Shown here: one piece after another, positions 24,716 to 32,000 of the stretch
How positions within the stretch are numbered: position 1 is the stretch's first letter
Layout: the number at the start of each line of letters is the position of its first letter
NCBI RefSeq assembly: GCF_000734895.2
Contig: NZ_CP011382.1
Span: 690,700-722,699, forward strand
DNA length: 32,000 nt
DNA from: Calothrix sp. 336/3
GTDB taxonomy: Bacteria; Cyanobacteriota; Cyanobacteriia; Cyanobacteriales; Nostocaceae
Direction: 5' to 3'
Notes under the pieces: model-generated
The model's database searches: none
What the model saw: the letters and a program-made list of their open reading frames with translations, nothing else
What the model was told of the DNA's origin: nothing
Made by a program: the position numbers and the translations under genes

Positions 24716-24789
24716 TCGGAGCGGCGGGATTCGAACCCACGACCTCCACTACCCCAAAGTGGCGCGCTACCAAGCTGCGCTACGCCCCG
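24716..24789 (-). tRNA. tRNA-Pro (anticodon GGG), no encoded CCA
   Basis: Cloverleaf folded by hand on the minus strand: acceptor CGGGGCG/CGCUCCG, D arm GCGC-AGCUUGGUA-GCGC, anticodon arm CCACU-UUGGGGU-AGUGG, variable loop AGGUC, T arm GUGGG-UUCGAAU-CCCGC, discriminator A. Confidence 0.92.
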
Positions 24790-24911
24790 GAAACCCGGCT
24801 TTGTTGCTAATTTTAGATTTGAGGTTTGGTGTTTTGACCAATTAATTATCTAAAACTGTTTAGGCAACTTTCAGAGTATGACATAAATAGACTCTACAAA
24901 GCAAGTATTCT

Positions 24912-25289
24912 CTAAAAAACTTTTAAAGTTTCTAATGCTTGACGAAGTTGAGGTACTACCCCAGCTTCCCATGCTCCCTCAACACCCCGCTCACAGGAGA
25001 GGATAAAACGTAAACTGTAAGCATGGGCATAGCCAGAAACTTCCATCCACAACAAATCACTTTCCGCTTCACAGGTGATTTTCTCTTCTGCCATTAATTC
25101 CGCAGCTATTTGCTGTATTGTTTCTGTGAGTTGTTGTAGCAGGCGACAAAAATCTGCTAATTCTGCTTCTGTTAACTCAATTGCCCAGTCATCATTTCCC
25201 AGTAAAGCTTGATATTTGACAGCAGAGGGATTCCAACCAACTCGCCAACCCTTACCACTTTTAATTAAACGTTCCATTTCATGAATCAC
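24912..25289 (-). CDS. conserved cyanobacterial hypothetical protein (possibly DUF1818-like)
   Basis: 125-aa ORF with coding-like composition. The family assignment is from memory only. Confidence 0.55.
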   Translation of the reverse strand: MIHEMERLIKSGKGWRVGWNPSAVKYQALLGNDDWAIELTEAELADFCRLLQQLTETIQQIAAELMAEEKITCEAESDLLWMEVSGYAHAYSLRFILSCERGVEGAWEAGVVPQLRQALETLKVF

Positions 25290-25372
25290 AACGGTAAGCT
25301 TTGAATATAGTCTATTTTTCTGTGGTGTCTTTTTCCTCCTAATTTTGCATTTGGAATTGTGAATTGTTTACC

Positions 25373-26926
25373 ATGCCCCTATCCCGTATAGTCACACTCA
25401 TTGTTGGACTGATTGTTATTTTGGGACTGAGTCTATGGTTAATTGACTCATTGTCTCGCTTGTATTGGCAATTATCCTATTCTCCCCTATTAGGGAATTT
25501 ACTGTTATTACTGTTAGTGGTACTAATTGGGGCGTTAATTGCAGCATTTGTCTATTATGTCTTGGTAATGGGTGGGGGAGGAATCAAAGGTAAACGACGT
25601 AAGGTTTCCCCACGACGACAAGTACAAATCCCAGAGGCGAAATCAGAAGCTGCTTCGACAACCCTGCAAGCAGTACGACAGCAAGTTTCCCAAATTCAGG
25701 ATGAAGTAGCACGACAAGCTCTGCTGAGTAAGTCACGGGAAATTGAGGCTAATTTGGCACGGGGGGAAATTCAGGTAGTGGTATTTGGTACGGGGAGTGC
25801 GGGCAAAACTTCCTTGGTGAATGCAGTGATGGGAAGAATGGTAGGGAGAGTTGACGCACCGATGGGAACAACAACGGTGGGTGAGACTTACTGTCTGCGG
25901 TTGAAGGGTTTGGAAAGGAAGATTTTAATTACCGATACTCCGGGGATTTTAGAAGCAGGGGTGGCGGGTACTGAGAGAGAGCAGTTAGCTAGGGAACTAG
26001 CAACATCCGCAGATTTACTTTTATTTGTAGTTGATAATGACTTAAGACGTTCAGAATACGAGCCTTTACAAGCTTTAGCAGCCATTGGCAAACGTTCAGT
26101 TTTAGTATTAAATAAAACTGACTTGTATACGGAAACAGACAAAGAAGCAATTTTAGCAAGGTTGCGGCAACGGGTACGGGGCTTTATTTCCACAAACGAT
26201 GTGGTGGCGATCGCGGCTAATCCCCAATCAATAGAATTAGAAAATGGAGAACTTGCCCAACCAGAACCAGAAATTTTACCCCTATTACGACGGATGGCGG
26301 CAATTTTACGGGCAGAAGGGGAAGATTTGGTGGCAGATAATATTTTGCTGCAATCCATGCGTCTAGGAGAAGAAGCACGCAAATTAATTGATGCCCAACG
26401 CCGTCGCCAAGCTGAGAAAATTGTCGAGAGGTTCCAGTGGATTGGGGCGGGTGTGGTATCGGTGACACCCTTGCCGGTGGTAGACTTACTAGCTACGGCG
26501 GCGGTAAATGCCCAAATGGTGGTGGAAATTGGCAGAATTTACGGCTGTGAGTTGAATATGGAGCGGGGGCGAGAATTAGCCCTATCCTTGGCGAAAACCA
26601 TTGCCGGCTTGGGAATTGTCAAGGGTGCTTTGCAGCTACTATCCACAGCTTTACAACTCAACGTCGGTACTTTTATTCTTGGGCGAGCCATCCAAGGAGT
26701 CACTGCTGCCTATTTAACCAGAATTGCTGGTAAAAGTTTTATTGAGTACTTCCGCAATGATCAAGACTGGGGTGACGGAGGAATGACGGAAGTTGTACAG
26801 CGTCAATTTCAACTCAACCGTCGAGATGAATTTGTCAAAGCATTTATTCAACAGGCGATCGCCAAGGTTGTCAAACCCCTAGCTGAGAAAGTTGAGGCAA
26901 TGGAACAGGAAGAGACAGAAAAATAA
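25373..26926 (+). CDS. membrane-associated GTP-binding protein with a C-terminal DUF697 (YcjF-like) domain
   Basis: Two N-terminal TM helices; G1 GTGSAGKTS, G3 DTPG, G4 NKTD. The C-terminal block IGAGVVSVTPLPVVDLLATAAVNAQMVVEIGRIYG is typical of DUF697. I prefer ATG 25373 over TTG 25364. Confidence 0.8.
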   Translation: MPLSRIVTLIVGLIVILGLSLWLIDSLSRLYWQLSYSPLLGNLLLLLLVVLIGALIAAFVYYVLVMGGGGIKGKRRKVSPRRQVQIPEAKSEAASTTLQAVRQQVSQIQDEVARQALLSKSREIEANLARGEIQVVVFGTGSAGKTSLVNAVMGRMVGRVDAPMGTTTVGETYCLRLKGLERKILITDTPGILEAGVAGTEREQLARELATSADLLLFVVDNDLRRSEYEPLQALAAIGKRSVLVLNKTDLYTETDKEAILARLRQRVRGFISTNDVVAIAANPQSIELENGELAQPEPEILPLLRRMAAILRAEGEDLVADNILLQSMRLGEEARKLIDAQRRRQAEKIVERFQWIGAGVVSVTPLPVVDLLATAAVNAQMVVEIGRIYGCELNMERGRELALSLAKTIAGLGIVKGALQLLSTALQLNVGTFILGRAIQGVTAAYLTRIAGKSFIEYFRNDQDWGDGGMTEVVQRQFQLNRRDEFVKAFIQQAIAKVVKPLAEKVEAMEQEETEK

Positions 26927-26959
26927 ACATGGGTAGTAGTAGTCTGTCAAATTTGAATT

Positions 26960-27030
26960 GGGGGATAAGGGAGACAAGGGGGATAAGGGGGATAAGGGGG
27001 ACAAGGGGGACAAGGGGGACAAGGGGGAGA
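26960..27030. repeat. 9-bp tandem repeat GGGGGAYAA, about 7.9 copies
   Basis: Units read directly: gggggataa, gggagacaa, gggggataa x2, gggggacaa x3, and a partial unit. Confidence 0.9.
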
Positions 27031-27290
27031 TATCCCTCAAATTAACCTTGACAGTGTAGTAGTCAATGCCAGTAATTTTGATAGTTGACTGTAGTACAGC
27101 TAAATTATATAAATCAAAAACGCAAAATGATTATGAAAATCCACGCATAGGCTAGTTGTCTCACAGTTTTTCCAGAAATAAGGGTATAAATCCAGCCATA
27201 TCCACTCTGAGCCGGGTTGTTGAATTTGTGAAGTTTTAGTTACATTGTCTGAAAGTATACCCAAAGTCTGCTCAAGCAGACTACCTATTA

Positions 27291-27803
27291 ATGACTCAAA
27301 GAAACATCTACAGCATTGCTGTTGCAGCTTTTGCATTTATGGGTGGGGCAACTGCGCCTTTCACACCAGTTCAAAGTACTACACTCAAACCCTTGCAACT
27401 GGCACAATCAACTCCTACCATTGCTGCCATTGAAAATTCCGTTCATCAGCAAATAAACCAGTTGCGGAGTTCTCAAAGTCTACCACCCTTAACGCGCAAC
27501 TCAGCCATAGACAATCAAGCCAGAATACATAGCCAGAATATGGCTAGTGGAAAAGTTCCATTCAATCATACCGGTTTTTCACAACGAATTCAGGCAACCC
27601 GTATTTCCTACAGTTCAGCTGCCGAAAATATTGCCCGCAACTCTGGATATAGCGATCCTGCTACCCAAGCAGTGCAAGGTTGGCGCTTTAGTTCTGGACA
27701 TTTCCAGAATATCAGAGGTAATTACAACCTCACAGGTATTGGTGTTGCCAGAAATAACAAAGGTGAATATTTCTTTACCCAAATATTTATCCGTAGCCGA
27801 TAA
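27291..27803 (+). CDS. secreted CAP/SCP/PR-1-like domain protein (YkwD-like)
   Basis: Signal-peptide-like N-terminus IAVAAFAFMGGATAPF. CAP motifs HSQNMA, AENIA and GHFQNI. Confidence 0.75.
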   Translation: MTQRNIYSIAVAAFAFMGGATAPFTPVQSTTLKPLQLAQSTPTIAAIENSVHQQINQLRSSQSLPPLTRNSAIDNQARIHSQNMASGKVPFNHTGFSQRIQATRISYSSAAENIARNSGYSDPATQAVQGWRFSSGHFQNIRGNYNLTGIGVARNNKGEYFFTQIFIRSR

Positions 27804-27957
27804 ATTTATGGCGATCGCAATCTGATCTTGAGCAAAGCCAAGATTCGTCTGATTCTTTCAAATATGTTGATTTTTTCGGGGTTGCACTACCATTTCCCCA
27901 TATAAATATTTTCTGACTAAATAGAATATCGGTGTTACTTGTTAACACATCAGCAAC

Positions 27958-27977
27958 AAAAGGAGCATTATTGCTCC
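27958..27977 (-). terminator. candidate terminator for the 849-aa gene
   Basis: On the minus strand, ggagca-auaa-ugcucc is followed by UUUUGUUG, about 45 nt after the stop. The stem is short (6 bp). Confidence 0.4.
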
Positions 27978-28022
27978 CCTGCTACCTTTAATTATTAAGT
28001 ATTCAACCGGACATGATATAAC

Positions 28023-30572
28023 TCACTTCACTTGAGAAAGCCAAGACTCCCTATCAATACGCTCGGCTATCGGGTGTTTAGTTGTTGCTCCAACTTCAGA
28101 TGTATCCATATGCCATCCTTGCCAAGTCTGCGCAGCCAGTTGAGAAAACTCACCTTTGACTTGGAAACAAGTAGGATTATCTTCTCTACTCCACAAACGA
28201 CAAAGCAAGTCTAATACTTTGTCCGAGGTATGATTACCCATGGGGTTAAGTTTGTCCTTGTTGGATTCAATTAATTTATCTTCTTCCTTAAACAACTTAC
28301 CCAGTCTCTGCTTAATACTGAAGTTACCTAGCTTATTGGAACATCTGCCAATATTGAAAAGTGCATCACAGATGCGGCGATTTAATCCTAAATATATTGC
28401 TCCTTTCAGTGCCTCTAGAAAATGTTCTAAAGCTTTGTTCGGCTCATTTTCAATTAGCAGTAAATATTCTCCATTTAGCAGGGAAATCTCCGAGAGAACC
28501 GCTTGGCAAAAACTTTGGCTGTGACCAAAGGTTAAATCAGTTTTCGCCAGTTGATCAGCGAATTTTAATGCCTGTTGTGGCAACTTATCTTCTCCTAGTC
28601 TCACCCAAACTCTTCCTGCTAAGGCTAACCAGCGAGATGCTCTGCGAGTTAAGCCAATACGTAAAGCGTAATGGGCTGCCCTAATAAAATATTCTGCGGC
28701 TTGCTCTAAGGTATCCCTATCATCACTCAGATAGAACTCAATTCGCCCAACATTCCCATAAATTTCAGACAAGGCTTGATAAATATCCAAACCAGGGTCT
28801 TTATAGCAAGAACCTAGTTTAATAACACGTCTAATTTTCTCATCCCATTCTTTTAATCCTAGCCACTGACTTCTCTTACTAGCTACAAATAAATCGGGAT
28901 TATGCCCACAGGAAAGCTCATATAAATACACTTCTGAGCGAATTAGAGCAAGTATGGGGATAATCTCTTCTTCTATTTCCTTATCCTTATCAATTTCTTG
29001 TTGAATTTCTTTAATTAGTAGTCGGGCATTACTAATATTGCCTTGGGTATTATAAAGTCTGAGTTCCAGGCGTTTTGCAAGAAAATAACAACGGTAGAAG
29101 TTAAGTCGATAGGAAAAATAAATCTTCTCTTGGGGGATTTTTTTTAATTCCTCCCTAGCTGTATCTGCAATTCTTTTAATTTCCCTAGAATTACATTCAT
29201 CACCCAGAAACTGAAATTTTTGAAAAGCTCTTCTGGCTCTAGTTAATTGTGCTCTTAATCCACAAAGAGCTTTAAATGCGGAATTATATACTTCTAAATC
29301 AAGTTCACCACTCCAGCTTTTATCTGCTAGCCATGACTTGGCACCACAAACTATGGCTTGCAAAATCGTAATCATGGAATCTCTATCAACCCAAATTCCT
29401 TGATAATGTCGTTGATGTCCTAGAATAACTGTGGTTTCAACTAGGGAATCAATACTGCTATCTAAGGTTTTTGTGAATAGAGTAATTTTACCTACCTCCT
29501 TGGTTAATCCCATATGGAGACTACAAGCACCAATGGCATTCTCAATCATTGTGTTGTTAGAGGTATACATCCATTCCAGATATTCAGTTGGTTTGTCATT
29601 ATGGCTAAAGCTACAGGTAACTACAGCCATCATTATGGGACTGCGGGAGTCAAAGGACTGCACTTCTGGTTGCGTTGTCAAGTAGATATCAGAAGTATTT
29701 AGTTCCCACTCTGCTTGATTTGCAATCTTGACAAAGAGGTCATAGACTGCTCCATATTCTGCTTGTTTACTAATAGACTGGGATAAAATTTGAAATTCTA
29801 ATTTTTCCACTCTCAGGTGTAGGTTAGTCGGATATTTAGGCATTTGCTCTTTAATTGCAATGCTCAGAAACAGTCCGATCGCCTCTTGCTGAGTGAAGTT
29901 TGTCTTACCTCCTGCTTTCAATCTGCTCCAGGTTCTTTGTAGTTTGTCAATGACTTCGAGTCGGAGCTTTAAACCCAACATGACGCTGAAACTGGAACTT
30001 GTCATCGGGTCGGATTTGCGCAGATTATCAATTAAATATTCGAGAAAATCATCCTCTTGATTCTCTCCAAAAAATTTTTTACTGGCAATGGCTATTTTAT
30101 TGCTGGCGATCGCCAAGAATTCTTGGGTTGTGGGCAGAAAATCTTCAAAACGCAAAAACTCCAGCAAGGCAACGACTTGAGCTACTTGAAAGAATCTTTC
30201 TGGTGTTATCCTAATAATATTATTGTTCTCTGGCAAAAAGCCCGCAGACTCCAGTAATTCATCAGAACCAATCTTTCCTAACAACTTCCGCAGTTCATCA
30301 GGAGTCAGATCTATTTCTCCTCTGGTTTTTTCACCATCGTTTTTAGACTTCCTTTTAGATACCTGACGACTTTGCAATTTGTTCCACAGTTCAATCAAAC
30401 CTTTTCTATCAACTGGCAATCTTTCCTTTTCCTTATTCAGAAAATCAATTACCACTGGTCGGCTAACATTCATCCCCTCCGAGAGTTCCACCTGGGTTGC
30501 TCCCATCTTGTCGAGAAAGAAGCGGAGCATCTCCCTCAGGGCTTCTTGATCTCCCACGTTTTCCCTGCTCAT
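28023..30572 (-). CDS. large (849 aa) orphan protein: N-terminal XRE-type helix-turn-helix, a central unknown domain, and a TPR-like helical C-terminal half
   Basis: HTH segment MGATQVELSEGMNVSRPVVIDFLNKE. The C-terminal half contains TPR-like helix pairs (e.g. EQAAEYFIRAAHYALRIGLTRRASRWLALAGRVWVRLGE and ALEHFLEALKGAIYLGLNRRICDALFNIGRC). There is no P-loop. The gene is visibly more AT-rich than the neighbouring core genes. Confidence 0.7.
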   Translation of the reverse strand: MSRENVGDQEALREMLRFFLDKMGATQVELSEGMNVSRPVVIDFLNKEKERLPVDRKGLIELWNKLQSRQVSKRKSKNDGEKTRGEIDLTPDELRKLLGKIGSDELLESAGFLPENNNIIRITPERFFQVAQVVALLEFLRFEDFLPTTQEFLAIASNKIAIASKKFFGENQEDDFLEYLIDNLRKSDPMTSSSFSVMLGLKLRLEVIDKLQRTWSRLKAGGKTNFTQQEAIGLFLSIAIKEQMPKYPTNLHLRVEKLEFQILSQSISKQAEYGAVYDLFVKIANQAEWELNTSDIYLTTQPEVQSFDSRSPIMMAVVTCSFSHNDKPTEYLEWMYTSNNTMIENAIGACSLHMGLTKEVGKITLFTKTLDSSIDSLVETTVILGHQRHYQGIWVDRDSMITILQAIVCGAKSWLADKSWSGELDLEVYNSAFKALCGLRAQLTRARRAFQKFQFLGDECNSREIKRIADTAREELKKIPQEKIYFSYRLNFYRCYFLAKRLELRLYNTQGNISNARLLIKEIQQEIDKDKEIEEEIIPILALIRSEVYLYELSCGHNPDLFVASKRSQWLGLKEWDEKIRRVIKLGSCYKDPGLDIYQALSEIYGNVGRIEFYLSDDRDTLEQAAEYFIRAAHYALRIGLTRRASRWLALAGRVWVRLGEDKLPQQALKFADQLAKTDLTFGHSQSFCQAVLSEISLLNGEYLLLIENEPNKALEHFLEALKGAIYLGLNRRICDALFNIGRCSNKLGNFSIKQRLGKLFKEEDKLIESNKDKLNPMGNHTSDKVLDLLCRLWSREDNPTCFQVKGEFSQLAAQTWQGWHMDTSEVGATTKHPIAERIDRESWLSQVK

Positions 30573-30804
30573 ACCCTTGGTTTTACGCGATTATGTAAAT
30601 TATATTGACAGTAAAATGATGCTTTTTCTTTTTCTGTCACAAAAAGTACTAAAAAACATATTAGAGTGTTTTTTATTTTGACAGTGTAATTATTGAATAC
30701 AAATTTTCTCCACTTTATCCATTTTTAGTATAGCAAGATACTGTTTTTTGGCAAAACTGTAAATATGCTTAATAGCACATCCCAATTTTAAAGGATAATG
30801 AATT

Positions 30805-31191
30805 ATGCCTCCTCAAAGGGTTGAGGCTTTTCTCAACTACTGCGAACAGAGGATAGCTAGGTTTCAACAAGCTAACAACACTGGACTTCTAGAGATTTTA
30901 TGCAGTCTTGATTATCGAGGTTACGGCAAAGTCGAGTGTCGCTGTGGGGATTTCCAACATTTCCTGATTTCGCCAGAAGACTTAGCTATCTGGAAAACAC
31001 ATCCGTTGTCTCGACAAAGGGAAAACTTAGAAACCATAGAACAGGTTCTGGCAAAGCTTGATAGTGCATTGTTCGAGACTTTTTGTCTGCAACAAGGTTA
31101 TGCAACTATATTAGCGTGGTATCGTGGGCAGGATGGTCTATATGGTTTTCAGTTTTCGCCATCAATAGTCCATGGAATTAAGCCTTGTTGA
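30805..31191 (+). CDS. hypothetical protein (128 aa), divergent from the 849-aa gene
   Basis: ORF with AAGGA 8 nt upstream of the ATG. No family recognised. Confidence 0.5.
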   Translation: MPPQRVEAFLNYCEQRIARFQQANNTGLLEILCSLDYRGYGKVECRCGDFQHFLISPEDLAIWKTHPLSRQRENLETIEQVLAKLDSALFETFCLQQGYATILAWYRGQDGLYGFQFSPSIVHGIKPC

Positions 31192-31428
31192 GAGTTTTAG
31201 AGGTGATGACAGCACAGCTGCTCCACCTAAGTAATTAGCTACTAATCGCGCCTTGTGTGAGAGTGATTTCTAACAACTGCATAAATTTCCGCTCACAGAA
31301 TATCATCACATCGATGGGAATAACCACGACGGATGTTGCTGAAGTTTCGGCTTGGCACATCCATTTTTGCATTTCTGGGGTGGAATAAATTTCTCAGTCA
31401 TGTACGAATAAATATCTACACTACAGTT

Positions 31429-31665
31429 ATGACAAAAAGTAAACCCAGTCATTACAGTCGTCTATTTCAATTGACTGTGAGGTTCTTCAAGTATCTCTTA
31501 CTAGCAATATTTGGGCTAACGATCGCCTATATTCTTTCCATGAGTTTTGGGGTTTTTAGTCTTTTTGCGGCACTATTACCCTTTCTAGGAGATTTATTTG
31601 GCAAGCTAACAGTGATTCTGTTGTGCTTGATCACAGTCACAGTCATTCTAGAATCTCTGCGTTAA
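31429..31665 (+). CDS. small membrane protein (about 78 aa, two TM helices)
   Basis: LLLAIFGLTIAYILSMSFGVFSLFAALLPFLG and LTVILLCLITVTVIL. The track start at 31333 is the alternative. Confidence 0.45.
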   Translation: MTKSKPSHYSRLFQLTVRFFKYLLLAIFGLTIAYILSMSFGVFSLFAALLPFLGDLFGKLTVILLCLITVTVILESLR

Positions 31666-31756
31666 GTCTGATCACTTCTGGCGATCGCCTATATTTGCAA
31701 GAGCGATCGCTCACCCCTACACCCACACAGCCCTTCCCTCCCACAGGCTAGATATT

Positions 31757-32000
31757 ATGATTAATAGTGCATATGTTGTGACAGTACTACCATATTTAGT
31801 TGGACTAACTCTTGGCATTGTTTACCGTAAACCTATTTCATATTTCCTGACTCGTTTGAATAGGGCAAAACTTTCGAGCAGTGGAGTTGAACTAGAAACC
31901 CACAAACAACTTGGTAAACTTAGTAGTCAAGGTCAAGAAATGGCATCAATTCTCAAAGAAATTAGGAATGATATAGAAAGAATTGTCCATCATGAGAAGC
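31757..32000 (+). CDS. partial ORF running off the window end (N-terminal TM helix, then a helical region)
   Basis: My own translation from ATG 31757 gives MINSAYVVTVLPYLVGLTLGIVYRKPISYFLTRLNRAKLSSSGVELETHKQLGKLSSQGQEMASILKEIRNDIERIVHHEK..., with no stop before 32000. Confidence 0.35.
   Translation, partial: MINSAYVVTVLPYLVGLTLGIVYRKPISYFLTRLNRAKLSSSGVELETHKQLGKLSSQGQEMASILKEIRNDIERIVHHEK

Noticed and set aside
24626-24853. 75-aa plus-strand ORF
   Set aside because: It runs antisense across the tRNA-Pro gene and is an artefact.
25888-26382. 164-aa minus-strand ORF (and the 26217-26468 ORF) inside the GTPase gene
   Set aside because: They are antisense to a CDS with clear G1/G3/G4 and DUF697 motifs, and their composition is Ser/Arg/Lys-rich.
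28960-29000. Walker A-like 'AGGKT' elsewhere in the 849-aa protein (the LKAGGKTNF segment), which would imply a STAND NTPase
   Set aside because: The sequence RLKAGGKT lacks the first glycine of GxxxxGK[ST], and no Walker B or NB-ARC motifs follow it. I treat it as coincidental. The coordinates given are approximate; the motif lies in the N-terminal third of the minus-strand CDS.

Overview
This window looks like chromosomal DNA from a filamentous, probably heterocyst-forming (Nostocales-type) cyanobacterium. The evidence is frequent HIP1 octamers (GCGATCGC), several STRR-like short tandem repeat tracts, an xisH/xisI pair, and cyanobacterial core genes: an HLIP gene, ftsH, an apcA paralog, ycf3, gatC, chlB and tRNA-Pro. 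I saw no transposase, integrase, CRISPR array or rRNA. Most of the window is housekeeping sequence, but several parts look accessory or unusual. (1) At 6845-9283 there is an NLR/STAND-like gene with a helical N-domain, NB-ARC and six 42-aa TPR units. A single in-frame TGA splits it, and its TPR units are almost identical at DNA level. (2) At 15901-19581 a 775-aa fusion of an AttH/CrtC-like lipocalin domain to a eukaryote-type (type III-like) GGPP-synthase domain is followed by an MGDG-synthase-like GT28 glycosyltransferase. This may be a cryptic terpenoid-glycoside cassette. (3) At 22792-24000 a heme-oxygenase-like diiron domain is fused to a cupin, the domain logic of SznF-type N-N bond-forming enzymes. 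(4) At 28023-30572 an AT-rich orphan 849-aa protein carries an XRE-type HTH and a TPR-like C-terminal half, with small unknown ORFs diverging from it. (5) An orphan allophycocyanin-alpha paralog overlaps ftsH by 4 bp. (6) A TonB-like protein carries a roughly 165-aa arginine-rich tail after its C-terminal domain. (7) recR has no canonical start codon in front of its conserved N-terminus. All family assignments come from motif recognition by eye. No database search was run.
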